A stretch of DNA of 64,000 nt. It comes from Nitrososphaerota archaeon (GTDB lineage Archaea > Thermoproteota > Nitrososphaeria > PSMU01). The notes under the pieces were generated by a model. It saw only the letters and a list, made by a program, of their open reading frames with translations, had not been told where the DNA came from and did no database searches. The translations under genes and the position numbers were made by a program. The DNA is taken from NCBI GenBank assembly GCA_040290255.1, contig PSMU01000002.1, positions 192,001 through 256,000 on the forward strand. Reading direction: 5' to 3'. This document shows positions 8,433-17,532 of this stretch, piece by piece. Within the stretch, counting starts at the first letter, position 1, and every line of letters starts with the position of its first letter.

Positions 8433-9575
8433 CTATGCCGCCCCCGCGAACCTGCTAAGGGAAAAGAGCTGCTGCCGAGGTCCCTTTATTTTTCCCTCCG
8501 CGAGGTCGGCGGCCTCCTCGGCTATGGCGGGCGCGAACTTGAACCCATGGCCCGAGCAGGCGCTGATGATGATGAGGTTCTCTTGGCGCGGAAGATGATC
8601 AACGATGAAGTGCTGGTCCGGGGTGTTGGTGTAGATACAGGCCCTGGCCTCCTTAGGCCGGGCCCGCAGCGCGGGCATGTAACGATCTAGGAACTGGGCG
8701 ATGGGCCTGAGGTCCTCCTCCTTGACCTCCCTTTCCAGTCGGTCGGGCTCACAGCTGGCGCCGCCATGATGCCTTGCGACCTTGTAGAGGCCGCGTTCGG
8801 GCTCCGGTATCCCGTAGAAGAACCCCTCATTCGTCTCAGCTATTAGCGCAGGAACCTGCTCCAGCGCCCGCTCCATGCGCGAGGCGTCCCATTCAAACCA
8901 GAACATCACCTGCCTTTCGCAGGCCAGCGGAAGTTCGGGCAAGAATTTCTTCATCCAGGGGCCCACGCAGAGCAACAGGCGCTCGGCGAGATATGTGCCG
9001 CGCTCGGTCGCCACCTTAAAATGGCGCCCCAGGCTCTTCCAGCGCAGAACCCTTTCGTTCAGGCGTAACGAGGCGCCCTTTCGGCGCGCCAGGGCGAGCA
9101 GCGCCTGCACACACCTCTCGGGGTGCAACACGCCCGCCAGCGGCTCCAGCAGGGCCTGATGCCCTTGCGGAAGCCTCAGGAAGGGGTACCTGATAAGGAC
9201 CTTCTCCGCGTCCAACTCCTCAAACGGGAGCGAGTGGGGAGCGAGCGCGCGCCTAGCTCCCATGCAGAGCAGGCCATCCTCAGGGCCTATGCTGAGGCAG
9301 CCCGTGCGCCTGAAGAGCGAGGTCTGAGCCTCCAGCTCTATGCCTCGCCACAGCTCAAGGGCCCTGATCACCAGCGGCACGTATGAGGGGTGCTCGAAGT
9401 AAGAGGCGCGTATTATCCTGCTGTGCCCATGGCTTGAGCCTAGGGGGTGCGGAGGCGAGAGCTGATCGAGCCCCAGCACGGCGTGCCCCCTCTTGGCCAA
9501 CTCATGCAGGCAGGCGGAGCCCATTATGCCCAACCCTACGACTATGCATTCAGGCCGATCGTCTAGCCTGTTCAC
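8433..9575 (-). CDS. solA: Monomeric sarcosine oxidase / N-methyl-L-tryptophan oxidase family
   Basis: GLGIMG, GSSHGHSRIIR, flavinylation CIYTNTPD, SACSGHGFKF. Confidence 0.9.
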   Translation of the reverse strand: MNRLDDRPECIVVGLGIMGSACLHELAKRGHAVLGLDQLSPPHPLGSSHGHSRIIRASYFEHPSYVPLVIRALELWRGIELEAQTSLFRRTGCLSIGPEDGLLCMGARRALAPHSLPFEELDAEKVLIRYPFLRLPQGHQALLEPLAGVLHPERCVQALLALARRKGASLRLNERVLRWKSLGRHFKVATERGTYLAERLLLCVGPWMKKFLPELPLACERQVMFWFEWDASRMERALEQVPALIAETNEGFFYGIPEPERGLYKVARHHGGASCEPDRLEREVKEEDLRPIAQFLDRYMPALRARPKEARACIYTNTPDQHFIVDHLPRQENLIIISACSGHGFKFAPAIAEEAADLAEGKIKGPRQQLFSLSRFAGAA

Positions 9576-10056
9576 GCTCCCTCTCCCCCAACATCGCGCG
9601 AAGCCTTTCGAGGGGCCTAAAGTCCTCCTTCACGCAGGTCAGCACCACGTGCGTGTTCGTCCTCTCGACAAAGGGCATCGAGAGCAGCCGCTTGACGAAG
9701 CCGCTGAGCTCGGCCCTGTTCCTGAACTTGGCTATGACGAAGGCATCGGTGAGGCCCGTCACGTCGTATACCGCGCAGACCTCCGGCATCTTGGCGATTT
9801 CGCCCTCCATCTCCAACAGCTTGCCCCTCGAAACGGTGATCTCTATGATGGCCGTTACGTCGAACCCCAGCCTCTCCCAGTCGACTATGGCGCAGAAGCC
9901 GCCTATTATCCCCTGCTGCATCAGCCTCCTTACCCGCCTTATCACCGAGGCCGTCGTCAGGCCCAGGGCGGAGGAGAGCCTCCTGAAGGAGCGACGGGCA
10001 TCCCGGAGAAGCTCGATCAGCAGGGCCAAGTCCTCTCTGTCCAGCCGCAAGGACAA
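9550..10056 (-). CDS. Lrp/AsnC family transcriptional regulator
   Basis: LDREDLALL..DARRSF HTH; YDVTGLTD RAM domain. Confidence 0.93.
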   Translation of the reverse strand: MSLRLDREDLALLIELLRDARRSFRRLSSALGLTTASVIRRVRRLMQQGIIGGFCAIVDWERLGFDVTAIIEITVSRGKLLEMEGEIAKMPEVCAVYDVTGLTDAFVIAKFRNRAELSGFVKRLLSMPFVERTNTHVVLTCVKEDFRPLERLRAMLGEREREQARRSA

Positions 10057-10135
10057 GCCGTCGCCTTTGGCCTGCTTGGGTTATAAAGGCAGTAAACAAT
10101 CGATTAATAGCGGGGGCAGGCCGGGGGCTATACCC

Positions 10136-11350
10136 TTGAGGGCCCCTAGGGCGAAGAGGGATCTCCCTGCGCTGTATCTGGCGACGATGATAATAAGGGC
10201 CGGGTTTGGGTCCATCTTCCTGCTCTTTCCGCTTTATGTGCCCGCGGGCAGCGTGGCCACCGCGCAGGCTCTTGCCGCTTATCCTCTGGCCGAGCTGGCC
10301 TCCGCGCCGATCATGGGCCGGCTCGTGGACATCTGGAGCAGGAGGTGGGTCCTGCTATCGGGCCTCCTCAGCATAGCCCTCCTCACGTTCCTCATATCTC
10401 TCACGAGGAACTATCTGCTCATAGCCCTATTGCATGCCGCCATGGGCATCTCGGCGGCCGCCGTGACCGTCGCCTCGCTCACCATGGTCACGGACCTCAC
10501 AAGGCAGAGCAACAGAGGAGTGGGCATGGGCGCCTTTGACTTCTCAAACATCGTGGGCTATTCAGCAGGCATAGCGTTAGCCACGGCCCTTCTTAACCTG
10601 GAGCGAAACCTGAGCTCGATCTTCATGACCACGGCGGCGCTGCTCTTCATCGCCTGGGGTGCGTGCGCCCTTCTCTTGGAGGAGACGAAGCCGGAAGCGG
10701 GCGCACAACGCTTCGCGCTCAACCCGCTGCAGGGGCTTGACCCGGGCTCGAGGGCCCTGCTGCCGCTTTGGTTCGCGCTCACCACGGTCCTGGGCGTCAT
10801 CTTCTTCCTTCCCAGGACCCTCATCGAGAGCGGGCTCACGAGCTCCCAGACGGGGCTCCTGCTTCTAGCCGGCGCCGGCGCCCTGGGCCTGGGCTCGGTC
10901 TTCTTCGGCAGGCTCTCGGACAAGGTGGGGAGGGGAAGGATTATGGGCCTGGGCCTGATAGGGGCGGCCCTGCTTGTGTACTTTGTACGCCTTGCGGCCA
11001 GTTATGACCCGCCGAAGTTCTTCGAGCTCCTGCCCATGATAGGGCCCTCGGCTCTGCTGGCCTCGGCCCTCGTGCCCTCCGCGCTTGCCTACGTGGGGGA
11101 TAGGGCCAGGCTGGCGCTGAGGGGGACCGCCATGGGCCTCTATAGCATGATGCTGAGCGCCGGCATCGCCTCGGGAAACCTCCTGGCGGGCTACCTCCAC
11201 GAGCTGGGAGGGCTGAGCGCGATACTGGATGCCGTGGCAGGGCTGCTCGCGCTTTCGCTGATGCTCTCGGCCCTTCTGCTCAGGAGGGCTGGGCTCCTGC
11301 GCTGGGCGCTCCTGGCTAAAGGGCTCTCCGCCCTGCGAAGAAAGCCTTAG
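10136..11350 (+). CDS. MFS transporter
   Basis: Motif A GRLVDIWSRR and GRLSDKVGR; about 12 TM. TTG 10136 chosen; the ORF-track extension to 9383 is an antisense shadow. Confidence 0.88.
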   Translation: MRAPRAKRDLPALYLATMIIRAGFGSIFLLFPLYVPAGSVATAQALAAYPLAELASAPIMGRLVDIWSRRWVLLSGLLSIALLTFLISLTRNYLLIALLHAAMGISAAAVTVASLTMVTDLTRQSNRGVGMGAFDFSNIVGYSAGIALATALLNLERNLSSIFMTTAALLFIAWGACALLLEETKPEAGAQRFALNPLQGLDPGSRALLPLWFALTTVLGVIFFLPRTLIESGLTSSQTGLLLLAGAGALGLGSVFFGRLSDKVGRGRIMGLGLIGAALLVYFVRLAASYDPPKFFELLPMIGPSALLASALVPSALAYVGDRARLALRGTAMGLYSMMLSAGIASGNLLAGYLHELGGLSAILDAVAGLLALSLMLSALLLRRAGLLRWALLAKGLSALRRKP

Positions 11351-11394
11351 GCGCTAACGCACGCCTTAAAAGCGCCGCGGGCCCGAGCGCGCCG

Positions 11395-12216
11395 TTGATA
11401 TCGCCGCTCCTCCTGATCCTGCTCTCACTGCCCGCAGGGCTGCTGGGGGCGCTCACGGGCCTAGGGGGAGCCAGCATCCTCATACCCATCTTGGTCCTGC
11501 TGGGCCTTCCGCTCAAGACCGCCATCGCCACCGGCATGGTCGTCATCATCGCCACGTCCAGCGGCTCCGCCGCGTATGTGAAGGAGGGCCTGGCCAACGT
11601 CAGGGCGGCCATGTATCTGGAGCTCTTCACCATCCTGGGCGCCATAGCGGGCGCCACCATCACCAGCCTCCTGCCCTCCAAGCCCCTATACTTCCTCTTC
11701 GCCGCCTTCCTGCTCTTCTCCTTCTTCGGCCTGCGCGGGAGGCCAACCCAAGGGCAAGGGGAGGTCGTGCAGGACCGCCTGGCCAGGTGGCTAAGGCTTG
11801 AGGGCAGCTATTACGACCAAGAGCTGGGCCGGATGGTGAACTACAAGTTGACCAACCCTGTTCTGGGCGGGCTGGGCATGGCCTTCGCCGGCCTGGCGGC
11901 AGGGATGCTGGGCATAGGGGCCGGGGCCTTTAAGGTATCCGTGCACGAGCTCATCCTGCGCATGCCTCCCAAGGTCTCTACGACCACGAGCAACTTCATC
12001 ATCGGCATGACGGCCCTCGCGGGGGCGAGCGTCTACTTTAACTCCGGCCTGCTGTACGTCGATCTAGCCGCGCCGGCCGCCATAGGCACGGCGCTGGGCG
12101 CCGTCCTGGGCTCCAAGTTTTTACCCCGCATGAGGGGCCGCACGCTCAGGGCTCTCTTCCTGGCGCTGGTGCTGTACCTTATCGCGCAGATGGTGCTGAG
12201 GGGGTTGGCGGGTTGA
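11395..12216 (+). CDS. Sulfite exporter TauE/SafE (TSUP) family permease
   Basis: GALTGLGGASILIP, AGMLGIGAG, STTTSNF. Confidence 0.92.
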   Translation: MISPLLLILLSLPAGLLGALTGLGGASILIPILVLLGLPLKTAIATGMVVIIATSSGSAAYVKEGLANVRAAMYLELFTILGAIAGATITSLLPSKPLYFLFAAFLLFSFFGLRGRPTQGQGEVVQDRLARWLRLEGSYYDQELGRMVNYKLTNPVLGGLGMAFAGLAAGMLGIGAGAFKVSVHELILRMPPKVSTTTSNFIIGMTALAGASVYFNSGLLYVDLAAPAAIGTALGAVLGSKFLPRMRGRTLRALFLALVLYLIAQMVLRGLAG

Positions 12217-12584
12217 GCGGTCAGGGCGGTATGCTCGAGAGGATCCTCGCGCTGGTGCTCACGCTGGGCGTCACCTTTAGCCTTGCGCTGTCCGCGATAG
12301 GCGTGGCCTTCTATTACGTGCGCCCCTCCCCACAGCCGGGCCCCTCCGACTGGCGCATCACGGGCACGGACTACTTCTCGTTCGCAGCCCGACTGCTGGC
12401 CAGCCTTCCTTCGGGCCTGGGCGCGTACAACCTTATGGCACTGGGGCTCGTGCTCCTGCTGGCGACGCCTTACGTGAGGGTGCTCACCTCCTTCGTTTAC
12501 TTCGCGCTCACCAGGGATGGAAGGTATTCGGTCCTAACCCTGGCCGTGCTGACCATTCTTACGTGGAGCTTGTTCGTTCACTGA
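12213..12584 (+). CDS. DUF1634 family membrane protein
   Basis: GLVLLLATPYVRV motif; overlaps the TSUP stop codon, its usual partner. Confidence 0.85.
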   Translation: MSGQGGMLERILALVLTLGVTFSLALSAIGVAFYYVRPSPQPGPSDWRITGTDYFSFAARLLASLPSGLGAYNLMALGLVLLLATPYVRVLTSFVYFALTRDGRYSVLTLAVLTILTWSLFVH

Positions 12585-13579
12585 AGAAGTTCCCGGAGCT
12601 GCTCCCTCCTGCGCAGCAGGGCCTGAGGAAGGCCGGCCAGCACCTTCCTCCAGCGGGAGTTCGAGCCGAGGACTTCGCGCAGCAGGGGCAGCGCCTGCTC
12701 GCTGTTTCCGGCGTTGAGCAGGGCAATGCCTTGCCAGAAGCGAAGCTCATCGTTTTCGGGTGCCTTTTCACTGGCCAGCCGGTATTCGAGCAGGGCCTCG
12801 GCCGTCTTCCCCTCCGCCAGGAGCTGGTCGCCCCTGTTGGCATGCTCATAGGCCTCATGGATCCTCAACAGCCTCCTGAGCTCCTGCAGGGGCTCCGGGT
12901 GGTCATCCACGCGCAGGTCCACGAGCTTGTCGGCCGAGGGGTGGCCCTTGGCCCTTAGGCTCACGATCAGCATCGCCGCGGACTGGCGGCCTCTCACATC
13001 GCCCCCGGCCCTTTCCCCGGCCTCCAAGGCCGCCAAGAGCCTTTGGGCCAGGCTGCCCTCGGCCGCCTCGAAGGCCTCCGCCATGGCCGGCCAGACGCCC
13101 GCGCTGCTCATGAGGTTGGCCTGCACGCTGAAGCGCCTTCCCACCAGGTGCCCCGCCTCGGGGATGCAATCGTTTCCCGTGTGCACCGCCACCCTTCCCC
13201 CTATATCCAGCATGGCCACCTGCCTGACGTTGGCAAGTGGGTCCACCGACAGAAGCGCCCTGAGGGCCTCGTCGGCGCGTTTGCCTCCCCGCATTAGCGC
13301 CAGTCCGAGCGGACCATAGCTCGGCTCCGCCACCGATTGAGTGGCCACGACGCCCACGCCGGCCTCGGCCCAGCAGACGATGGAGCCCACGCAGAACCAA
13401 TGCGACTGTACGGCTACCCCCATCTGTTGGGCCTCTTCGTCGATGGCGATGATCGAATAGGTCCCGGCCCTGCGCGGGCGGAGAAGAGCCTGGCGGGCTA
13501 GGCAGCGAGGGTCGGGCGGCCCGGGCGCGGTGACATGTGATGGTCCCCTGTCCCTAAGCCCTCCCTTTTCCCTGAGCAT
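12578..13579 (-). CDS. DUF1028 (Ntn-hydrolase-like) protein with C-terminal TPR-like helices
   Basis: TYSIIA..GVAVQS..VGVVATQS, GGDVRGRQSAA, DLRVDDHPEP. Confidence 0.9.
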   Translation of the reverse strand: MLREKGGLRDRGPSHVTAPGPPDPRCLARQALLRPRRAGTYSIIAIDEEAQQMGVAVQSHWFCVGSIVCWAEAGVGVVATQSVAEPSYGPLGLALMRGGKRADEALRALLSVDPLANVRQVAMLDIGGRVAVHTGNDCIPEAGHLVGRRFSVQANLMSSAGVWPAMAEAFEAAEGSLAQRLLAALEAGERAGGDVRGRQSAAMLIVSLRAKGHPSADKLVDLRVDDHPEPLQELRRLLRIHEAYEHANRGDQLLAEGKTAEALLEYRLASEKAPENDELRFWQGIALLNAGNSEQALPLLREVLGSNSRWRKVLAGLPQALLRRREQLRELLQ

Positions 13580-13599
13580 GGCCCTCCCGTCAAGCTCGC

Positions 13600-13606
13600 T
13601 TATATA
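13600..13606. promoter_or_regulatory. Putative bidirectional TATA box (TTATATA)
   Basis: 28 nt from ATG 13628 (+) and 27 nt from ATG 13579 (-). Confidence 0.6.
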
Positions 13607-13627
13607 GCCCCTTCAGTCGCGGCCCGC

Positions 13628-13999
13628 ATGCCAAGGCCGAGGGAGCCGGTCGAGCTGGGGAAGGAGCTCGAGGACAGGATCGCGGCGCTGGCCGAGCAAA
13701 GGGGGTGGATCGTTGAGAAGAGGAAGAAGTTCGGCCCGCACGTGCTGGACCTGGTGCTCAGGAGGAGGGGGCTCGTGCTGGTGGTGCAGTGTAAGAACAC
13801 GGCGGCCTCGCCCAGGGACGTGACGCAGACGAGGAAGGATTTTGAGGCCTACCTGAACTGGTTGCTGGAGGAGAAGCTCGGCATTCTCGTGCAGCCCGTG
13901 CTCGTGGCACGCGAATTCAGCGAAAGGACAAAGCGCAGGGCCTCGGGCTATAGGGTACTGTGTTACATGCCTGATGAGCTGGAGAAGCTGCTCGGCTAG
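13628..13999 (+). CDS. Small stand-alone Mrr-like PD-(D/E)XK nuclease domain protein
   Basis: ELE..LDLVL..LVVQCKN catalytic pattern; FS..A.. tail. Confidence 0.75.
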   Translation: MPRPREPVELGKELEDRIAALAEQRGWIVEKRKKFGPHVLDLVLRRRGLVLVVQCKNTAASPRDVTQTRKDFEAYLNWLLEEKLGILVQPVLVAREFSERTKRRASGYRVLCYMPDELEKLLG

Positions 14000-14004
14000 C
14001 GAGC

Positions 14005-14712
14005 ATGGCCTGGCGAAGGACGCTGCGCGTGCTCAGCGCGCTGGTCGAGGTATATGATAGGGTCAACAGGGTCATCTCACTGCTGAGCGATGTCCCGCTC
14101 AGGAGGGAGGCCGTGGCAAGGGCTGCTCCCCTTCCAAACCCCGTCCTCGATGCGGGCTGCGGCACGGGCGCCATGGCGAAGGAGGCCCTTCGGCTGCGTG
14201 CTCGGCCCGAGCAGCTGGTGCTGCTCGACCCGCTGCCCGAAATGCTTCACCGCTCAAGGCAGGGGCTTAAGGAGGTGGCGGGGAGGGTGATGGGCATCTT
14301 CGAGGCGCTTCCCTTCAGGCCGGCCTCGCTGGGGGCCGTCCTCTGCGGCTTCTCCCTTCGCGATGCCGCAAACATAGGCAGGGCCCTTGAAGAGCTTGCC
14401 TGCGCGCTACGCCCCCAGGGCCTGCTGGTGAACGTGGACCTAGGAAAGCCCGATGGTCCCCTGCGCTCGGCCCTGCTCGGCGCCTATTGGCGCTTCGTGG
14501 CGCCGCTGCTGGCAGCGGCCGTGATAGGCGCCAGGGGCAGGCTTTACGGCGAACTGTATAACACTTATCTCCGATACCCGCGCCTCAACGAGCTTAAGAA
14601 GCTCCTGGGTCTGCACTTCGAGGTCCTCTGGCTAAGGACCAGATGGCTGGGAGGCGTGCTGCAGCTGATCGCGAGCAGGAGGGCACAAAGGGCTTATAAC
14701 ATACGGCGCTAG
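14005..14712 (+). CDS. UbiE/MenG-like class I methyltransferase
   Basis: YDRVNRVIS, VLDAGCGTG, FEALPF, GFSLRD. Confidence 0.85.
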   Translation: MAWRRTLRVLSALVEVYDRVNRVISLLSDVPLRREAVARAAPLPNPVLDAGCGTGAMAKEALRLRARPEQLVLLDPLPEMLHRSRQGLKEVAGRVMGIFEALPFRPASLGAVLCGFSLRDAANIGRALEELACALRPQGLLVNVDLGKPDGPLRSALLGAYWRFVAPLLAAAVIGARGRLYGELYNTYLRYPRLNELKKLLGLHFEVLWLRTRWLGGVLQLIASRRAQRAYNIRR

Positions 14713-14719
14713 GCCGCTT

Positions 14720-15751
14720 ATGCCCTATGACATCGTGGACCTGCACGAGGACCTCTCCTACCACTTTATGATCAACGGCCTAGGGAGGCCCTTCAGCGAG
14801 GACGATCCGAGGAGGCCCGTGGACCTCCCCAAGTACAGGAGGGCGGGGGTCAGGCTGGTGGTTGCCTCGGTCTTCCCGCTTCAGCCTTCCCTAAACCCGG
14901 ATCTGCTCGAGAGGGAGAGGAGCGTTTACCAGCTGAAGGAGCTACAGCCCACCTACGTGGGCTCTATGGCCCGCGAGCTGGCCCTTGAGCACATTAAATT
15001 TTATCATGAGCTGGTGAGGCTTCATCCGGGCGAGTTAGTGCTGGTCAGCAGCGCCGAGGACCTGGAGGTGTTGCAGCGCTCGGGCGCCGTGGGCCTCCTC
15101 CTGCACCTGGAGGGCACGGAGGCGCTGGCGGAGCCGGAGGACATCGGCCTCTTCTACAGGCTAGGCGTGAGGTCGCTGGGGCTCACGTGGAATTACGATA
15201 CTAGGTACGCGGCCAGCTGCCTTTCCTCCAAGGATTACGGGCTTACGGGCGAGGGGCAGAGGCTCGTCCGCCTAGCCAACAGGCTCCATGTGCTGCTGGA
15301 CCTCTCGCACGCAAGCCCTAAGACCTGCGCGGAGGTGCTCGAGCTCTCCGAGGACCCACCCTACTTCAGCCACGCTAACGCGGCCTCCGTTACACAGCAC
15401 CCGAGGAATGTGGGCGACGAGCTGCTCAGGAGTTTGGGCAACAGGGGAGGCATACTGGGCTTGACCTTCATAAGGGCCTGCATAGGTCCGCCCTTCAACG
15501 CCTCTAAGCTCGCCGAGCACGCGCTTCACGTCAAGCGCGTGGCCGGGGCCCAGGTCCTGGCCCTTGGCTCCGATCTGCTGGGCTTCTCTGAGGCACCCGA
15601 AGACCTGAGGGGCCTGGATGACCTAGGCGGGCTGAGGCGGGCCCTGCTTCAGGCCGGCCTGGGCCCCGAGGAGGCGGAGGCGCTGCTAGCCCATAATGCG
15701 CGGCGCTACATCTCCTCCCTTGCCCCAGGATGGTCGGAAAAGCCTTATTAG
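14720..15751 (+). CDS. Membrane dipeptidase family (peptidase M19)
   Basis: DLHED, LEG, LTWN, DLSH, SHAN..HPRN, LGSD. Confidence 0.92.
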   Translation: MPYDIVDLHEDLSYHFMINGLGRPFSEDDPRRPVDLPKYRRAGVRLVVASVFPLQPSLNPDLLERERSVYQLKELQPTYVGSMARELALEHIKFYHELVRLHPGELVLVSSAEDLEVLQRSGAVGLLLHLEGTEALAEPEDIGLFYRLGVRSLGLTWNYDTRYAASCLSSKDYGLTGEGQRLVRLANRLHVLLDLSHASPKTCAEVLELSEDPPYFSHANAASVTQHPRNVGDELLRSLGNRGGILGLTFIRACIGPPFNASKLAEHALHVKRVAGAQVLALGSDLLGFSEAPEDLRGLDDLGGLRRALLQAGLGPEEAEALLAHNARRYISSLAPGWSEKPY

Positions 15752-15774
15752 CACCTCTTGGCCGCGCGGGCCAG

Positions 15775-16740
15775 ATGGAGCGGGAGCTGTACGACATTAT
15801 CGTGCTCGGCTCCGGGCCCGCGGGCTACACGGCCGCCATCTATGCCGTCAGGGCGAACCTCAGGACCCTCCTCGTGGCGGGCCTGGAGGCTGGGGGGCAG
15901 CTGATGCTGACCTCGATGGTCGAGAACTACCCGGGCTTTCCCGAGGGCGTGCTGGGGCCCGAGCTGATGGAGAGGATGAGGGAGCAGGCGGAGAGGCAAG
16001 GCGTGCAGATCGTCTTCGACAACGCCACCGCCGTCGACTTCAAGGCCTACCCCTTCAAGGTGCAGGTGGGCGAGAGCAGCTTTGCCGCCAAGGCCGTCAT
16101 CGTGGCCACGGGCGCCTCGCCTCAGATGCTGGGGCTCGAGTCCGAGAGGAAGCTGATGGGCGCCGGCGTCTCAACGTGCGCCGTCTGCGACGGGCCGCTC
16201 TTCAAGGACTCCGACCGCGTGGTCGTCGTGGGCGGCGGCGATACGGCCATGGAGTATGCCATCTTCATGAGCAATCTCTCGAAAGAGGTCATAATAGTGC
16301 ATAGGCGCGACAGGCTGAGGGCCTCGCCCGTGATGCAGCAGAGGGCGCTCTCGAAGCCCAACGTCAAGGTGCTCTGGAACAGCGTCGTCACCGATATCTT
16401 GGGCGATAAGAAAGTTGAAGCGGTGAAGGTGAAGAACCTCCAGAGCGGGGAGGAGCGGGTCATCGCCTGCAGGGCGGTCTTCATCGCCATAGGGCACAGG
16501 CCCAACACGGAGATCTTCAGGGGGCAGCTTGAGCTGGATGAGAAGGGCTACGTGAAGGTGTACGACGGGCAGCGCACCAGCGTGGAGGGCGTCTTTGCGG
16601 CCGGCGATGTTCATGATCATAAGTACCGGCAGGCCGTGACCGCCGCCGGCTTCGGCTGCATCGCGGCCCTTGAAGCGATAGCCTTCGTCGAGAGCGGAAG
16701 GCCCGAGCAGCTGATGGCCCAAGTAGTCAGGAGCGCTTAA
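15775..16740 (+). CDS. trxB: Thioredoxin-disulfide reductase
   Basis: GSGPAG, VENYPGF, CAVCDG, GGGDTA, HRRD, FAAGD. Confidence 0.96.
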   Translation: MERELYDIIVLGSGPAGYTAAIYAVRANLRTLLVAGLEAGGQLMLTSMVENYPGFPEGVLGPELMERMREQAERQGVQIVFDNATAVDFKAYPFKVQVGESSFAAKAVIVATGASPQMLGLESERKLMGAGVSTCAVCDGPLFKDSDRVVVVGGGDTAMEYAIFMSNLSKEVIIVHRRDRLRASPVMQQRALSKPNVKVLWNSVVTDILGDKKVEAVKVKNLQSGEERVIACRAVFIAIGHRPNTEIFRGQLELDEKGYVKVYDGQRTSVEGVFAAGDVHDHKYRQAVTAAGFGCIAALEAIAFVESGRPEQLMAQVVRSA

Positions 16741-16765
16741 GTGAGGCGTGGGTTAGAGGGCCACG

Positions 16766-17500
16766 ATGGAGCCCGGGAGAAGGGAGGAAAAGGAGCCGGT
16801 CCACATAAAGGCCAAGCCCGAGGACGTGGCGGAGCTCTGCCTGATAATGGGCGACCCGGCGAGGGTTGAGCACGCTTCATCCGTGCTATCGGAGCGCAGG
16901 CTGGTGAACGCACACAGGGGCTTCATCGCCTATACCGGCATGTATAGGGGCCTCAGGGTCACCATGGCCTGCCACGGCGTGGGCGGGCCCTCAGCCGCGA
17001 TTGCGGTGGAGGAGCTGGCGATGCTGGGCGCCAAGCGCTTCGTGCGCCTGGGCACGACGGGCGCATTCTTGGAGGGCATCGAGCCAGGAGACGTAGTAGT
17101 GCCCACGGCCGCCCTGTACAGGGATTCGGTCCCCTCACTATATCTAGGCGGCTCCGTGGGGCCCACGGTCCCCGACTATGGCCTGCTTCAGGCAGTGGTC
17201 CGGGGGCTGGAGGAGAGGGGAATAAGAGCGCACCTCGGGCCCGTCTTCTCCAGCGATGCCTTCTACCTGGAAAGCCCGTCCTTTGCCAGCGAATGGGCCT
17301 CAAGGGGCGCGCTGGCCGTGGAGATGGAGTGCGCCACCATCTTCGCCGTCGCGGCCGTCAGAAGGCTACGGGCCGCGGCCGTGCTGATCGTCAGCAACAA
17401 CCTGGCCAGGCGCACCAGGATGCTGGACGCGGAGGAGCTAAGGCCCACCGCGCTCGCGGTCACGAAGGCCATCTTGGACGAGCTCTCGCGGGAGCGCTAA
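16766..17500 (+). CDS. Purine nucleoside phosphorylase (NP-I, DeoD/MTAP-I type)
   Basis: HIKAK..GDPAR, HGVGGPS, RLGTTG, SSDAFY, VEME. Confidence 0.9.
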   Translation: MEPGRREEKEPVHIKAKPEDVAELCLIMGDPARVEHASSVLSERRLVNAHRGFIAYTGMYRGLRVTMACHGVGGPSAAIAVEELAMLGAKRFVRLGTTGAFLEGIEPGDVVVPTAALYRDSVPSLYLGGSVGPTVPDYGLLQAVVRGLEERGIRAHLGPVFSSDAFYLESPSFASEWASRGALAVEMECATIFAVAAVRRLRAAAVLIVSNNLARRTRMLDAEELRPTALAVTKAILDELSRER

Positions 17501-17532
17501 GCCTAAAAGCCCCCTTGGGCTTCGGCGCCTGG

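Noticed and set aside
9383-10135. Apparent 250-aa N-terminal extension of the MFS transporter
   Set aside because: Lies antisense to the Lrp and solA genes; the transporter sequence starts near 10136.
13628-14712. Nuclease plus methyltransferase as a restriction-modification pair
   Set aside because: The methyltransferase is UbiE/MenG-like and lacks DNA MTase DPPY/NPPY or PC motifs.
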